DNA from: Epiperipatus broadwayi | Taxonomy: Eukaryota > Animalia > Onychophora | Direction: 5' to 3' | DNA: 64,000 nucleotides | NCBI GenBank assembly: GCA_028023455.1 | Contig: JAQFVV010000005.1 | Coordinates: 18,848,001 to 18,912,000, forward strand | Part shown: positions 39,894 through 52,755 of the stretch, in pieces | Position numbering within the stretch: the stretch's first letter is position 1 | Layout: each line of letters begins with the position of its first letter | Translations under genes and position numbers: made by a program | Notes under the pieces: generated by a model | What the model saw: only the letters and a program-made list of their open reading frames with translations | What the model was told of the DNA's origin: nothing | The model's database searches: none

Positions 39894-41449
39894 ACTGGCA
39901 TTTAGTGATAAAGGATTTCATGAATTGGGTACTCATATTAGTTTTTACAATTCGGTGCATTCCGACTCTGCTAAATAAAAAGAAAGGGGGCATATAATTT
40001 ATTGGAAATCAATGATTAGAAGTTTGCCACACAAAGAAAATTGTCAAGCGTTGGTGACCTAGCGGTTAGCGTAGCTGCCTTCCAAGCAGCCGGCCTGGGT
40101 TCGCTTCTTGGTCAACGCTTTGACATAAAAAAAAAAGAATACTGAATTAACTATTTTATAAATTGAGTTTAGAAGATATTGTCAGACTGTATGTAGGCAT
40201 AGCTTTATTATGTAATAAAAATTTCAAAAACAATAAATCACAGCTGAAATTAATTCGCTTAAGCCTTATTTTTATAATATTGTAAGATTATACAAAATAT
40301 AGTTATAAAAACTAATTTCTATAAATTTGAAAACAAAATAACTGAATCCTATAAAATTTTAATTAAAGAGGTTTACGAATAAACAAGTTAATTAGATTAA
40401 AATCTAAAGATATTTTATAACATATGGCTATTAACAAGTGAGCCAATTGTAACATAAACAGAAAGGTAAAAAATTGAAAGACTAGTTTAATTGTTCATTC
40501 TTTCTTAAGATATGTTTATATAACTCTCTACACTTTTATATTAAAAGATATTAAGGCAAAATTGTCACGCAACCACCAGTTTATTCTGATCATGTAAAAC
40601 ATCAGACCAGCAGTGGGAAGTAGTAATTTTCATTACACTTCTCCAAACAACCATGGACAAAATTATCTAAAAACATATCTTTAGGATGGATTCCTAAGAA
40701 AACCATTCTTGGAGGAAAGAATGTGCAGGTGAATAGTCTAGTTAAAAGTCGTGTATGTTAGAAAATATCTGTCAACTGTTCTATGTCATAATAATTGAAT
40801 TCTGACTTTTTTAAGCTTAGAAACTAAAGGAAACAAATATATTAAAACTAATAAAATGTCATTTATGTTCTTTATTACTTTTTACATCCCGCTATTGACA
40901 GTTTTGATTGCTCCAGTGATTTTTAAAACTTCTACGCTTTTTACCTAAGTAGAAGTTCTGAAGAATATTTATTGCTGGTGCAATTGAAACTGTCAATAGT
41001 GGGTTGTAAAAAACATTGTAAAAAGTAATACAGAACATAAATATTAATATTATATAAATTTGGTAATGTAATATGAAAGATAAAATTATAATACTTCATA
41101 ATTGTTATATTCTATATTCATGAAGAATGTAACACTAAAGATCAAGTAACTAAAAAGATTAGCCTTGCACCTGTATAAGAAACAATAGAATCAAAATGAT
41201 TTACTATTAAATATGCTAAAATCATTGACAAGTAAACCAGAAAAAAAATATTTTAGTGTAAAATAAAGGACTGCAGCATGTTTTGGATTGTGAAAAACAT
41301 TTATATATATTCATTAAACAATGTATTTTGGTAATAACCACTTTAATTTTAATTTTCCATCAATTTCAGCTATTTTTGTATAGAAATTTATTACTTACAG
41401 GCTTCTTGATGGTTCTGCAGCACCACCTGGTGGCTCGTCCAGTACATGA
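39894..41449 (+). CDS. Candidate last three coding exons of an unidentified host gene (39894-39928, 40685-40728, 41401-41449)
   Basis: AG/GT boundaries with compatible phases give xWHLVIKDFMNWDGFLRKPFLEERMCRLLDGSAAPPGGSSST*. An alternative open frame gives LAFSDKGFHELGWIPKKTILGGKNVQAS*. No protein recognised. Confidence 0.4.
40042..40136 (+). mobile_element. tRNA-Gly(TCC)-like SINE or pseudogene; most tRNA-like copy (body 40048-40119)
   Basis: 72-nt cloverleaf: acceptor GCGTTGG/TCAACGC, anticodon stem GCTGC/GCAGC with TCC, T-loop TTCGCTT (A58>C), weak D stem; followed by TTGACAT-poly(A). Confidence 0.8.
40861..41042. mobile_element. Foldback / MITE-like element
   Basis: Almost fully self-complementary: ATTTATGTTC...GCTATTGACAGTTT...AACTTCTAC vs GTAGAAGTT...AAACTGTCAATAGT...GAACATAAAT. 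Confidence 0.7.
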
Positions 41450-44400
41450 GAAAAGCACCAATACGTTTAAGTTTTGTTCATTCTATTTAATAATGTTTGC
41501 ACTTGATACAAATTTTTGGATTTTATATCTAAAATTTAAATTATTGTGACTTAAATTCTTTTATATATATATCCCCCCCCCCCCCAACTCCCCCACTTCA
41601 TACAAATAAATTATATATTATATTATAACACATATAATTTATTTAAAAAAAACAAATTTATAATTTATTTATTTTAGAAAATTTAATTTTTATTAAATTT
41701 TATTTTCATAAAAAACAAATTTTACACCTTCTCTCAAATTAAATATTTTATTTTTGTTATTCAAAATTAATATTTTTTATCATTTCTTTATATCTTATTG
41801 ACACATCATTGAGTATGGAGATTATCTAACCCTCTTATTTCATTTCATAAATCAGAATTTTTTCACATATATTAAAATTTAAATCAAATTTATCTATAAT
41901 ATTATTATTTCAAACTATTATAACCAAATAGCTTTAATATCAAATGGCGAACTTAATTAAGGAGAAGGGGCAACAAAGAACCAATGTAGAGCTGAACCAG
42001 TTATAATAAATGTTGTCTACGATGGATTAATTTTAGGTTTTATCAACAGGACCCTATAACCGATCCCATCTGCTAAAGATGATAACACTATTCCTAATTT
42101 ACTCAGTCTTATTCGTTGACCAAAGTAAAGGATGGTCCGAGTCCCATCTTAAAGAAAATGCAACATAAGAGAAAGTTTAAATGTATATAATATCACATCC
42201 CACAAAAAGTTGAAATAATTTAATATTTACACGAAACGATACTAATCATTAATCATTACCAACTCTAATATACATTTAATAATCATATGCATCGTCTCTT
42301 TTAAATATTCTTTCTTTCTATTTCAACTCAAATACACATTTGATTCCGATTAATTAATAAAACAAAAAGAAAAAGTATATTTAGTTTTACAAAATGAAAT
42401 AAAAACAAATATACTTATTCAACTTGGATATTTTAGTGAAAATTAAATTGAAATTTACTTTGTAAAACAAGATTCCCATTTTAAAATTGCCAACAAATAA
42501 TTAAATAATCAAGCAAAATAATAACACAATACCAATTTTAACAGTTATTTAAGAGTTCAAACACGTCATTAGCTACGATAAATAATTATTAAATGAAGAA
42601 TTCTCTTCTCTTTATTATTAATATTAATCCTGTTTAATACATATAATTTTATTTTTAAAATAAAAAATAAGAAACCATAGCACAACTCAGGAAAAATTGA
42701 AAATAAAATTATTAAAATCATTTAGTAAAACATTAGAAAGTAGGTCAGAATTATATAATTAAATTTAGAATAAAATTTTACATTTCAATTTACTTGAATT
42801 CAAGATTTTAGAATTAGAATAAATTTTATAAGTCTAACTTAAAGAAAAATTAATATATTGAACTCAGAGAAATGTATCATCTTTAACTTATATTTCCACT
42901 TCTTCCCACTAAAGTAATTATTGTTTTAAAGCTCACTCTGACCAACGTTTTCCCGACATTTTCTCTCCACGATATAAAAATTATTTCTAACTGAGCAAAA
43001 TTCGTTGTTTTGGTTCAGGATACCTGGATTCAAAGTAATGATGATCAAAGAACAAAATTCACAGATTCATTCACTGTAAAGATTTCAAAATTCAACTTCA
43101 GTTCAAAGAAGAAGACAAGACCCTCCACTTTACACCTTTAAGACCCTATCACCACCACCTTAATTTCATCTCTATCAGATTACAAAATTTTTAATTTTAA
43201 AATTATTTCAAACACCGCATTCCTTTTATATAACTTTTCTCTGATTATCAAATTTTAATTAAATCGAATTTTCCGATCTAGATTTTATTTTTAATGCGAA
43301 TTTTGTTCTGATTTAATTTAGGAAACCTTCTGAAACCTATTTAATGACTCCAAAATAATTTAGAATCAATTACTAATTATTTTAAAATTTTTTTTTTAAC
43401 CTAAAGGGTAACTGATACAATTGTTTCAAAAACTTTCTAACTTTTAATTCTCCGAAAATCTTTTATTTTTGAAAAACCTTTTTTTTTAAAAGAGCTGCAA
43501 CATTTCAATCAATCACCCTCAATTTTTTTCATTAAATGTTATATAAAGAAACTAAAATTTATAAATATTTTAACACCCACTATCTATATAATTTCAATAA
43601 GTATATTCCCCAACTTAAAAAATCCTATCTTTTAAAATATTAAAACCACCCAACTTCATAGTCTTTCACACATATTTTCCACTTATTTGATTAAAAAATT
43701 AACTCACCCAGACGAGGGGGGTATGAGGGGGGGTGGGAAGGGGAGGGGGAGGGAACACCCCCTTCAATATATATAAGAAGTACTGTTTTGAAAATACTTC
43801 TGAAAATTGTTTTATTAGAGAGGATAGTAAGATGATTATTATCACATAGGTGGATCTCATAATGAAATATATTAAAAATAAGACTAGTAATTTCATTTGA
43901 AGAATAAACAATCAAGATATATGTGCAAGCACTGATTATCAAACAGTTGTGATGATTGTGTTTCATATGTATGACATTATGGGAGTTTTATATCATTTTC
44001 TCATGTTAATAATTATCATTAAACTTTAATATTTACTTTGAATTGCAAGTCAATAATGTTATTTGTTGTTTTTGTATATTTTTTATTCTACCTCGAGCCC
44101 TATATTTTTCATATATATATATATCAATTGTATTTTTAGAAAAATTCTGAATCCAACTTTTTTAAATAAAGCAGAATCTATGGTTGTATGATTACTGAAA
44201 ATAGAATATTAGAGGAAGAAAATAGAATGACATTGATCTTTTTAGATACAAAAAGTGACAGTTATCTAAACGATTTCATAATTATCTAGAAAACAAATAA
44301 GCTTAAATATTTTTTTTTCAGGAGATGAATGAGAGTAAATCATTCTTTTGATGATAGTCAATGAACTTACACTTACCTTTGATCGTTAAATGAGAAATGT

Positions 44401-47400
44401 ATTCATTATCAGTTAATTCTGACACTCTGCCTTTTTCATTACCATGTAATTTATTTATTTAGAGTATGAATTATTATTTTTTTAGACATTTTAATTATTA
44501 ACAAAATATAAAAGAATTTGTCGAGATTCCAACCTGAAAATGTTCACTATTACCTTTATTAAATCCTTCAATTGTCACTGTAGTCATAGATTTGATAGTC
44601 ATTAATTATATGGTTCATGATTTATATAAATCAGAGGATGGTAAATTCCATTTATAAACAAATGAGCACAGTGACGATGACTTCTAAATTTGTTAAGGAA
44701 ACTCCAGTTGCATCTATAAAGATCAAATTCAGTAGGTTTTATTATTGGATCCGAAAAAAAAAAATTGTTTGAAATTTCATAAGAATTTCATTTTTTTATA
44801 TACTATAATTCTTCAATTGTAGATTCTTGATTAAATGTCTAAAAAGGAAATCTTTATTTCAAATAAGTTTTAAGTGATAAAACACATAGTGCATTATTGG
44901 TATATCCAATATGTTTAACGGCTTCTTTTATATTTTCTATGAAGTAACTTCTTTTTTGATATTTGCAGGAATATGTGAAAGCACAAGAAATAACTGCAAA
45001 GCAGACTTAAAGTATTCCAGCAATATTTTTTATATGTGAGTAACCAGAATTTTAGTATGGAAAACTTTTTCTCCATACAGGGTCAAAGTATTTGCCAGAG
45101 TAATATTGCTTGTGCTAAAGAAGCTGTCCATAAAGTATTTACATTACAAATTCAAATAATGCCAGCCATCATTTTTTTACTATCATTTATGTGTAGTATC
45201 CATGTATGTATAAAATAAGGTAGATTTATATTTATCATACACCTACAGGAATTATCTGTAGCCACAAAAAAGTTTATCTTCAAATAATCATTACATGGAA
45301 TTTCTGTTTGACAGCAGTTCCAATCATATGACCAAACAGATATTTTTCCTCATGTTTCTAGTTTGGAAATTGATCCAGAAACTTTTTGTTAAAGTTTACC
45401 ATAATGATTCAGGATTTTTTAAGATTTGCAATTTAAATAAGTAAAAAAAAAAACATTGTTAAATACTATACTAAATTGCTTTAATACATTAACAAACTAT
45501 TCCTAATGCCAATTATTTTTGGGAATGGCACTTTTATTAATACAGAATAGCAATATTATTCTAAATTAAAAATCATGCAACTCCATCACTTTATTTTTTT
45601 TTTTTCAATTGACAATGGTGGATCTCTATCTTTACTCAGTTATTATGCACTGATTTAGTCAATAAACAGTGGTGCCATCAGATCACATGATTATTTTTAA
45701 CTAATTGGCAGAGCCATCTAGTATCTACTCTCAAATTAATGCTTATATGATAAATGATACAAAAATTTTAAACAATTAAAGATTAAATAATTATCAAAAA
45801 AGTAAGAGCTTAATGTAATTGTTAAAAAAAACTGTTGTAATCAATTCCTGTTCATTGAAAAAATAAACTCACCATTTGGATTCAATAAAAAGAAAATGAC
45901 TTTCATTGAACAACACATATAATCAAACAAACCAATGGTAATAACAGGAGAATTAGTATATTCTCCTCTGTGATATATTTCCGTTGTTTTTCTAAGCAGA
46001 AAATGAGCTATTTCTAGAACAGTTCTGATAGAGCGAGGTCTGTCTAAAAAACTAAAAAATGAATATTCAGCCTAGAAAAGGATTACATTTGTGTTATTAA
46101 TTTCAGGACTTATCTATGTATTGCAAACAAACTCAATAATTATTGTTCAAGGTTATCCTATGTGTGTATATTATTCTGTACAATAAAACATCTAAAATAT
46201 CAACTTGAGTTTGCCTTCATTAGCACACAAATAATTGGCAACAAGGATAGAATAGACGAGATAGAGTTGTCTGGATACTTCATATATTTTCATAAGCTGC
46301 TGAACAATAGTAGAGTCAAATAGCAAATATGTGCTGAGGCATATTTTTGCCATTTTTTCTTAATGTTGGCTCAAGAAGAGACTCTCAAAAAATTCATTCC
46401 AAATTGCCTAAAAGTCTGGCCAGCGTATTTGGACAGACCAAATTTTTATATGGAAGCCAACGAAATTAAACCTGAATTAAAGTTGGCAATACTTGTGTCT
46501 ATGGATCAGCTACTTACCAGGTTGTAACATGACAAGCAGTACTGCTACACCCTTCCAAACTAAGATTTGACAAGCTGACTATTTTTATCCTGAAGCCCTT
46601 GGCGATAATGCAAAATTATAAATTCAATCTATGCAATCAGGAAGCAGATAAAACTATGTATCTGAATTGTTAAGGATGATGTTAATCTGCAATTTTGGAT
46701 CATTCATAGAGGAAGCACTTAGAGATCAATTTATATGTGGTTTGAAGGATTATACATTAAGAGACAGATTATTGATGGATTCCAATGCCACATTTGTTAC
46801 TGTGGTACATAAGGTAACTTTTAGAGAAGAACCTTTGCTGAGTGCAGATATGGAAATAAAAATAACACATCAACAGAGTCAAAGATCAATTGACAATGCA
46901 ATAATTACTTCAAATAAATAAAACTCTAAGTAACTGTGAAGAAAACAAAAGCCAATCTATATCCATATATAAATGTTAGTGGTTATTTTTGTCAATATAT
47001 AGTATATATTGAAACTGACTGTCTTACAAAAAGACAAAATAGTGAAAATGGTTCATCAAATAAACAAAACCATCAATCATGTTGTAAAAAATTAAATGTA
47101 AATGCTTTTAATGAACAAAACTAAGTCCCAACTTTACTTCAGTGGCAATGGAGATTGCAACTGTCTCAGCCTTGTCCATTATTTTAAATAAATACTGAAC
47201 AAAAATAACTAAAAATCAAAAAATCTATCTGCAGCCCATCCCAAAATTAATCTATGATCATCAGAGTGAGTTATACTCATGGGAGAAGCTCAAGTCAACA
47301 TCTAGAAAGTATCAGAATATATATATATACAATTGCCACGTCTTGTTTCTTCAAGACAACATAATTTAATGAGCTGAAACTAATTCAAACCAATGGGCCC

Positions 47401-48229
47401 TCACTGATCAAAATGAACCAAGTAAAATGGTTATATAATGATTTGAAAATGGCAACTAAATAAACAATAAAGCAATAATTCAGAGGACATAAAATGACCA
47501 AGCATATAATTTTTTTAAGTAAATGGAATGCACAAAATGACCTATTAATAAACCACAATATATACATAAAGTCTTTAAGCAGCAGGAATGATTATTCACA
47601 AATTGCCATACTACCCAATGATGCACTATGGTCAACCTGGAATTGTGTAGAACAAAAATCCTTATTAGATTTTTATGTCAAGTCATAATATAGACTTTGA
47701 TAAAGAGCTTCAGGAATACCAATACCAGTAGTGCAAAATGAATTAAAATATACCAGCTAAATGATCAACCATTGGCCACAGGCAACTGGACCTTGGGAAA
47801 GAATGCACTTAAACTATGTTGAACCTTGGAAAAAAAAAAAACTTCTCATCATTGTTGATACCTACTCTAAATAGTTAAAGTAATTATAGTACCCAATTTC
47901 AACACCTCAACCATGATTAAATCTTTGGGGAAAATTTTTGCTATCATAAGTCTTCCTTTAATTATTGTTGCTGATAATGGAAGTCTTTATGTCTGACTAA
48001 TTCATGATTTCTGTGCAAATAATAAAATCAATCATATATTAACACCACTATTACAACCAAAGGACAATAGACAAGCTGAATGTTAGTAGAAGAGATTGAA
48101 AAACTTCCAGAATGAAACAACAAATGATTGGAGCATGCCCATAATTAGAATGCTATTAATCCAGCACACAACTCAAGTTATTTGATCTTAAATTTAAACT
48201 TATGAACAAAAGACTACATTATGGCAAAA

Positions 48230-48935
48230 TCAAAACTATAGTTTACCAAAAACTTACACATACAGAAAAATACCTAACCTATACATCCAATCACACCAGA
48301 AACACAAAACATGGAATTATACTATCACTATGGAACAGAGTAAAAGAAGTTTGTTCAGAAACCCAGTGATTTGGAAAAAGAAAAGATCTATATAGAACAA
48401 ACACTTATGAAAAATGGTTATCAATCAGCTGTTATAAAGAAAATGTTAAGTAGATAACAAAAAGAACCGTCAAGAGAAAAGACAATTATTGGTCTTCCCA
48501 TACATTCCAAAAATAGCAGACAAATTAAGGAAAATCTGCTACCAGTATAATATCAGATCAGCTTTCCAGCCATACTATGAGGAATTTCTAACATCTACAA
48601 AGCCTAAACTTGAAATGCTGAAAAGAAAAAACTGCATCTATGAAATACCGTGTGAATGTGGAAAAACATATATTGGTGAGACCAGTTCTCACTGAAAAGC
48701 TCTTGCAAGAACATAAACTGATGATTAGAAAAGAGAAAACAGCTGTGTTTAAGGTAGCAGACCATGTATGTACCAATGAACATATTGTTCATTTAGAAAA
48801 ATACAAAAATATTGGATAGAGAAGAAAAGGTACAAAGAAAAAATTTAAAGAAGCTGCTCACATAACAATGGCAAAAAATCTCATACGCCAACCATGTATG
48901 ACTATACATAATGTATGGAAACCACTAATTAACTT
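48230..48935 (+). pseudogene. Penelope-like RT thumb + GIY-YIG fragment nested in the gypsy element
   Basis: VYQKLTHTEKYLTYTSNH..., LMKNGY, LPYIP, NCIYEIPCECGKTYIGETS, KEA; endonuclease C-terminal to RT. Confidence 0.85.
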
Positions 48936-49010
48936 TGCTCTTAGGAAAAAATGGACAAATCAGGAGGAACCTCATAGATATGAAATTTCTACTAACTGTT
49001 ACCTTTGGAA

Positions 49011-49090
49011 GGATGGTTCAGTTGGTTAATGTTACCTTAAAATTTAATAATCAAGAATCTAAGAATCCAGGTTTGAATCCCATACTAGTA
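49011..49090 (+). mobile_element. Possible decayed tRNA-derived SINE head
   Basis: A-box-like TGGTTCAGTTGG and B-box-like GGTTTGAATCC. Confidence 0.3.
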
Positions 49091-52000
49091 TTATCACTAG
49101 TCAGGTCAGCAACACCTGGAGGGGAGAATAATACCTCTTGAAATGTGCATATACTAACCTGTTTGATTTGCTATTACTAACAGTTGAATGTATTTGGAAT
49201 ACAGTATTTAAATAAAGCTAAAATTTTTCTAAAGTCATTCAATACACATATCAGATGATGGAAATAGTCCAATATAAAAATACAACTAGAACACTATCAT
49301 TACAAACCTTGAGGAAAACACAAAGAAAATGAAGCAGTAAATTACAGCCATTTCAAAATTGGTATAAAGATTTTATGTTATTTACACCCTGGCAAAACTA
49401 GATGTCAGCTACAATTGTAAATGGGAAAAATTAACACTTGCTAATAATGAAAACCCCTGGAAGTCAACTTCATAAGGACTGACTTTGTGTTGACTTTAGC
49501 CAGAATATCAAGTGATCACACCACATAGCCAGAATATCAAGTGATCACACCACATCCCATAAATAAACAAACAGTAACTCCACCAGAGGGTGTCAACCAA
49601 GAGCCAGCTGATACTGAAGTTTTGTCAATTCCAGAATTAAAGGCAATAACCAATCCAAATATCAGGAAAGAGAATAGCCTAATCACTATTAAAAGAAACA
49701 GTAAAAAAACAAAGCAGGAAATGATTTTCATTGGACAATGCATATAATTAAATACACCAATTATTAATAATAGAAGAAATTAGCATATTCTCCTCTGTGG
49801 TCTGTTTCTCTTGTTTTTTATAGCAGGAAATGAGCTACCTCTAAAACATCTCTAGAATCATCTGGCTGGGAGACAGCTATTTGCAAAACTCAAAAATGAA
49901 TATGTGCCTAAAAATGCTTACATTTGTGCTATTAATTTCTAGACCTATCCATTTATTGTAAATGAACTCAATAATTGTTGTCAGAGATTATCCTATGTTT
50001 TTGTATATAATTCTTACCAACTCAAGTTTATCTTCACTAATACACAACAAAAACAAATAATTTTACATAAAAGAAACAGATCCCATAATTCCTAACATAA
50101 ACAACTGATAAATAAATAATATGTAGACAATACAGTTTAAACTAACATTAGCCCAACTATAATAAAGCTATTATTTAAACCAAGTAATCCAATTCGCAAA
50201 TATTATGATTGTAAAAACAAATAAATAATTATTACAGCAACACAATAAAACTGCTATATATAAGTAAAAGTTTATTCTATGAACCAATAAAATGACTTTA
50301 TTCAATATTATGTAGAATATAATATTATGGACATTAGAGAACATTATACTAAAAATGTGATTATTCTTTGAATATAATTTTCTGATATTTATAATTTCTA
50401 ATGATTAATAAGAGTTTTTGTTTGTTTGTTTTTTTTTAAAAAAAACTACAGTTAACTAATTAAAATGAAATATATCAATTTTTATTTTACATTTCACTAT
50501 TTTTATTTTGTAATCTTACAAAAGAAAAAAGAATGCAACAGCAACAGTTATTTTTCTTTCTATTTATTAGTAATTATCAAAGAATTGGATACAGAGACTA
50601 GTTGGATCAAAAACAAAACACAAAAAAAGATAATTAATATAAAAACTTTATTTTACACAATTTAAATTGTCAGTAGCAACATCTACATGTGAAATATTAA
50701 CATTCTTTTGTTATAATTATTAATTTCAAAGATTTAATTTTTTTTTTTTTTTTAAAAAAAAGCTATTATTTTTTTTCTTTCAAAAAGTTCAAGGAAGTAG
50801 AAAAGAAAGATAATAAATAATTCTATAATAATGAATTTAATTCATAAAATGGTGTACCCTAGTCAATGCCAAATTCGTGAAAGATTTTAAAACTTTTGTT
50901 TTGCTTAGTTCTTTAAAATTAAATAATAAATATTTCTAAGTAACATATCTAACAAATAGTAAGTTTGCATTGAAATACATTTTTCAAATAACATAATTTG
51001 AAATTCACTAACAAAATTTTTACAAATATTTTATACAAATACCAACAATTCTTTTAATTATTTTCAAAGAAATTGACTTTTTAAAAATAAATAATTGTAA
51101 CATTCGTTTATTAGAAATTTTAATGATATTGACAAGCAACTTTTAAAAACAGCATTTAATTTTAACATATCTTTTGATTGAATGAACACAGGGAATTGCT
51201 TTATTACCAAAAATAATAATACTGAAAATAATCACAATTAGTTGTAAAAAAAAGATTCCTCTGAAAAAAAAAATCATTAATAAAAATTTGATTTATATAA
51301 TTAATTTTCTTGACATTAAAATAAAGTGGTTCCTCCATAACCATGAATGTTCCAAGTTTCAATACAGATACTGAAACTCGTAGATAGTAGCAAGCCACGT
51401 TATATTTTTAATATATATAAAATGGATATACACTGTATATACATATTGAAAATTAGTATATAGATGTGGTACATACTGTATATGCACTATACTATGAACT
51501 AAAAACTTAATATGCAAAAAATTAAAATTTATTATTTTTTATTATTATTAATTTCTAATATTATTTTATTTTTCACTTTTTTTAAAAATTGCATATATCT
51601 GAAACCGTGGATGAGTGAGGATTACGTATTTACACAATATATATAAACATAATACTTTTTAATTATACTATAATAATATAAAAGTTGAATTTTGAAATGA
51701 ATAACTTAAATTTTATATTAAGAAGAAGAAAATACTTTTTTTTTCTTTACAACTATCAAATACAGTTAACTCCTAAGAAGTATGTTTTGAGTTTGGCTTG
51801 ATCATTTATAACATCCATTATAAATGCAAATGAATTTAAATATTTCCACTATCTAAGCACATTACTTACCTCTATCTTTATTATTACAATTAATAGGAAA
51901 ACTGGTTTAACCATGACTAATTATCATGTATAGAAATTTAAAAATAAAAAAAATATAAAGTTTAAATTCTACTAAACAGATTTTAATCTGTCAAAATGCA

Positions 52001-52136
52001 AGCAATAAAGAATATTAATATTATATATAAAATTATTGATTCAATTTAAGATATATGAATGTTGAGGGATCTGCAGGTTTATTGACTATTAATGAATATC
52101 TGAAAAAACTACAATAATCTAATAATATAAAAATAC

Positions 52137-52374
52137 TTGGCAGTTTTTCATCATTTTCCAGGTATTCTTTAACAAAAGTTATACCATTTTGTTCATGAAC
52201 TGCTGAAAATAAACAAATTACACCAAATTTAGAATTAACAAAACTAGCCAAAATTAAAAATTCAATGAGTCATACAAATACACTTATATTATCGTCTTTA
52301 TTAGTTGTCCTCTATATTTGTCTACCTGGCAGAAGAGAGATCTCCAAAAATTCAAGTATTAACAAAACAAACAT
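52137..52374 (-). CDS. Candidate two exons of a minus-strand gene (52326-52374, 52137-52202)
   Basis: ATG plus GT/AG phase-1 junction gives MFVLLILEFLEISLLPAVHEQNGITFVKEYLENDEKLP; 123-nt intron with a good acceptor TTTATTTTCAG; no further exon found. Confidence 0.3.
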
Positions 52375-52502
52375 TTTAAGTAAAGTTTAAAAAAGGTTGT
52401 GTAAAAATATATATTATTAAAAATCTGTTAAAATAAAAATACACACGGAAAAGGTAGTTTTTAAAATAATATTTAGCTATATTACTGCCCCCCCCCCCTT
52501 CT

Positions 52503-52755
52503 TTCATTATATTTTTACAATATCATATTCATGGCATATAGTGGTATGATTTAAACGATTCTTTATATCAAGGTTTAATTAACTGTTCATATATTCAATT
52601 TTAATTTAAAATTTGAATATTTAAATAGCCCATTTCTTTGAAATGGGTACATTTGTTTCTTTTTTGTTTATAGAAAAACGGTCACATTGATATAAAGAAC
52701 CATTTAATCACACCACTATATGCGGTGTATGATATAGTGAAAATATATTGAAAAA
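52503..52755. mobile_element. Foldback / MITE-like element
   Basis: Inverted arms ~52503-52571 / 52687-52755, with internal hairpins such as CCCATTTC-TTT-GAAATGGG. Confidence 0.6.

Larger units (their letters stand above)
45950..50049 (+). mobile_element. Decayed Ty3/gypsy LTR retrotransposon (LTRs ~45950-46229 and ~49777-50049)
   Basis: Two ~275-bp diverged direct repeats ending in CA; PBS-like TGGCAACAAGGAT at 46236-48; gag remnant CNFGSFIEEALRDQFICGLKD; protease remnant MEIAT; integrase remnants PW..ATGPWERMHL, IVDTYSK, IVADNG (47760-48090). RT region not seen. Confidence 0.8.

Noticed and set aside
40048-40119. Functional tRNA-Gly gene
   Set aside because: A58>C, mismatched D stem, U discriminator and an immediate poly(A) tail rather than a T-run terminator; treated as SINE/pseudogene.
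41600-43700. Mitochondrial insertion (NUMT)
   Set aside because: Composition is suggestive, but no recognisable mitochondrial rRNA, tRNA or protein motif was found.
44370-44450. Minus-strand exon ending in a GTAAGT donor
   Set aside because: In-frame stop just upstream and no polypyrimidine acceptor.
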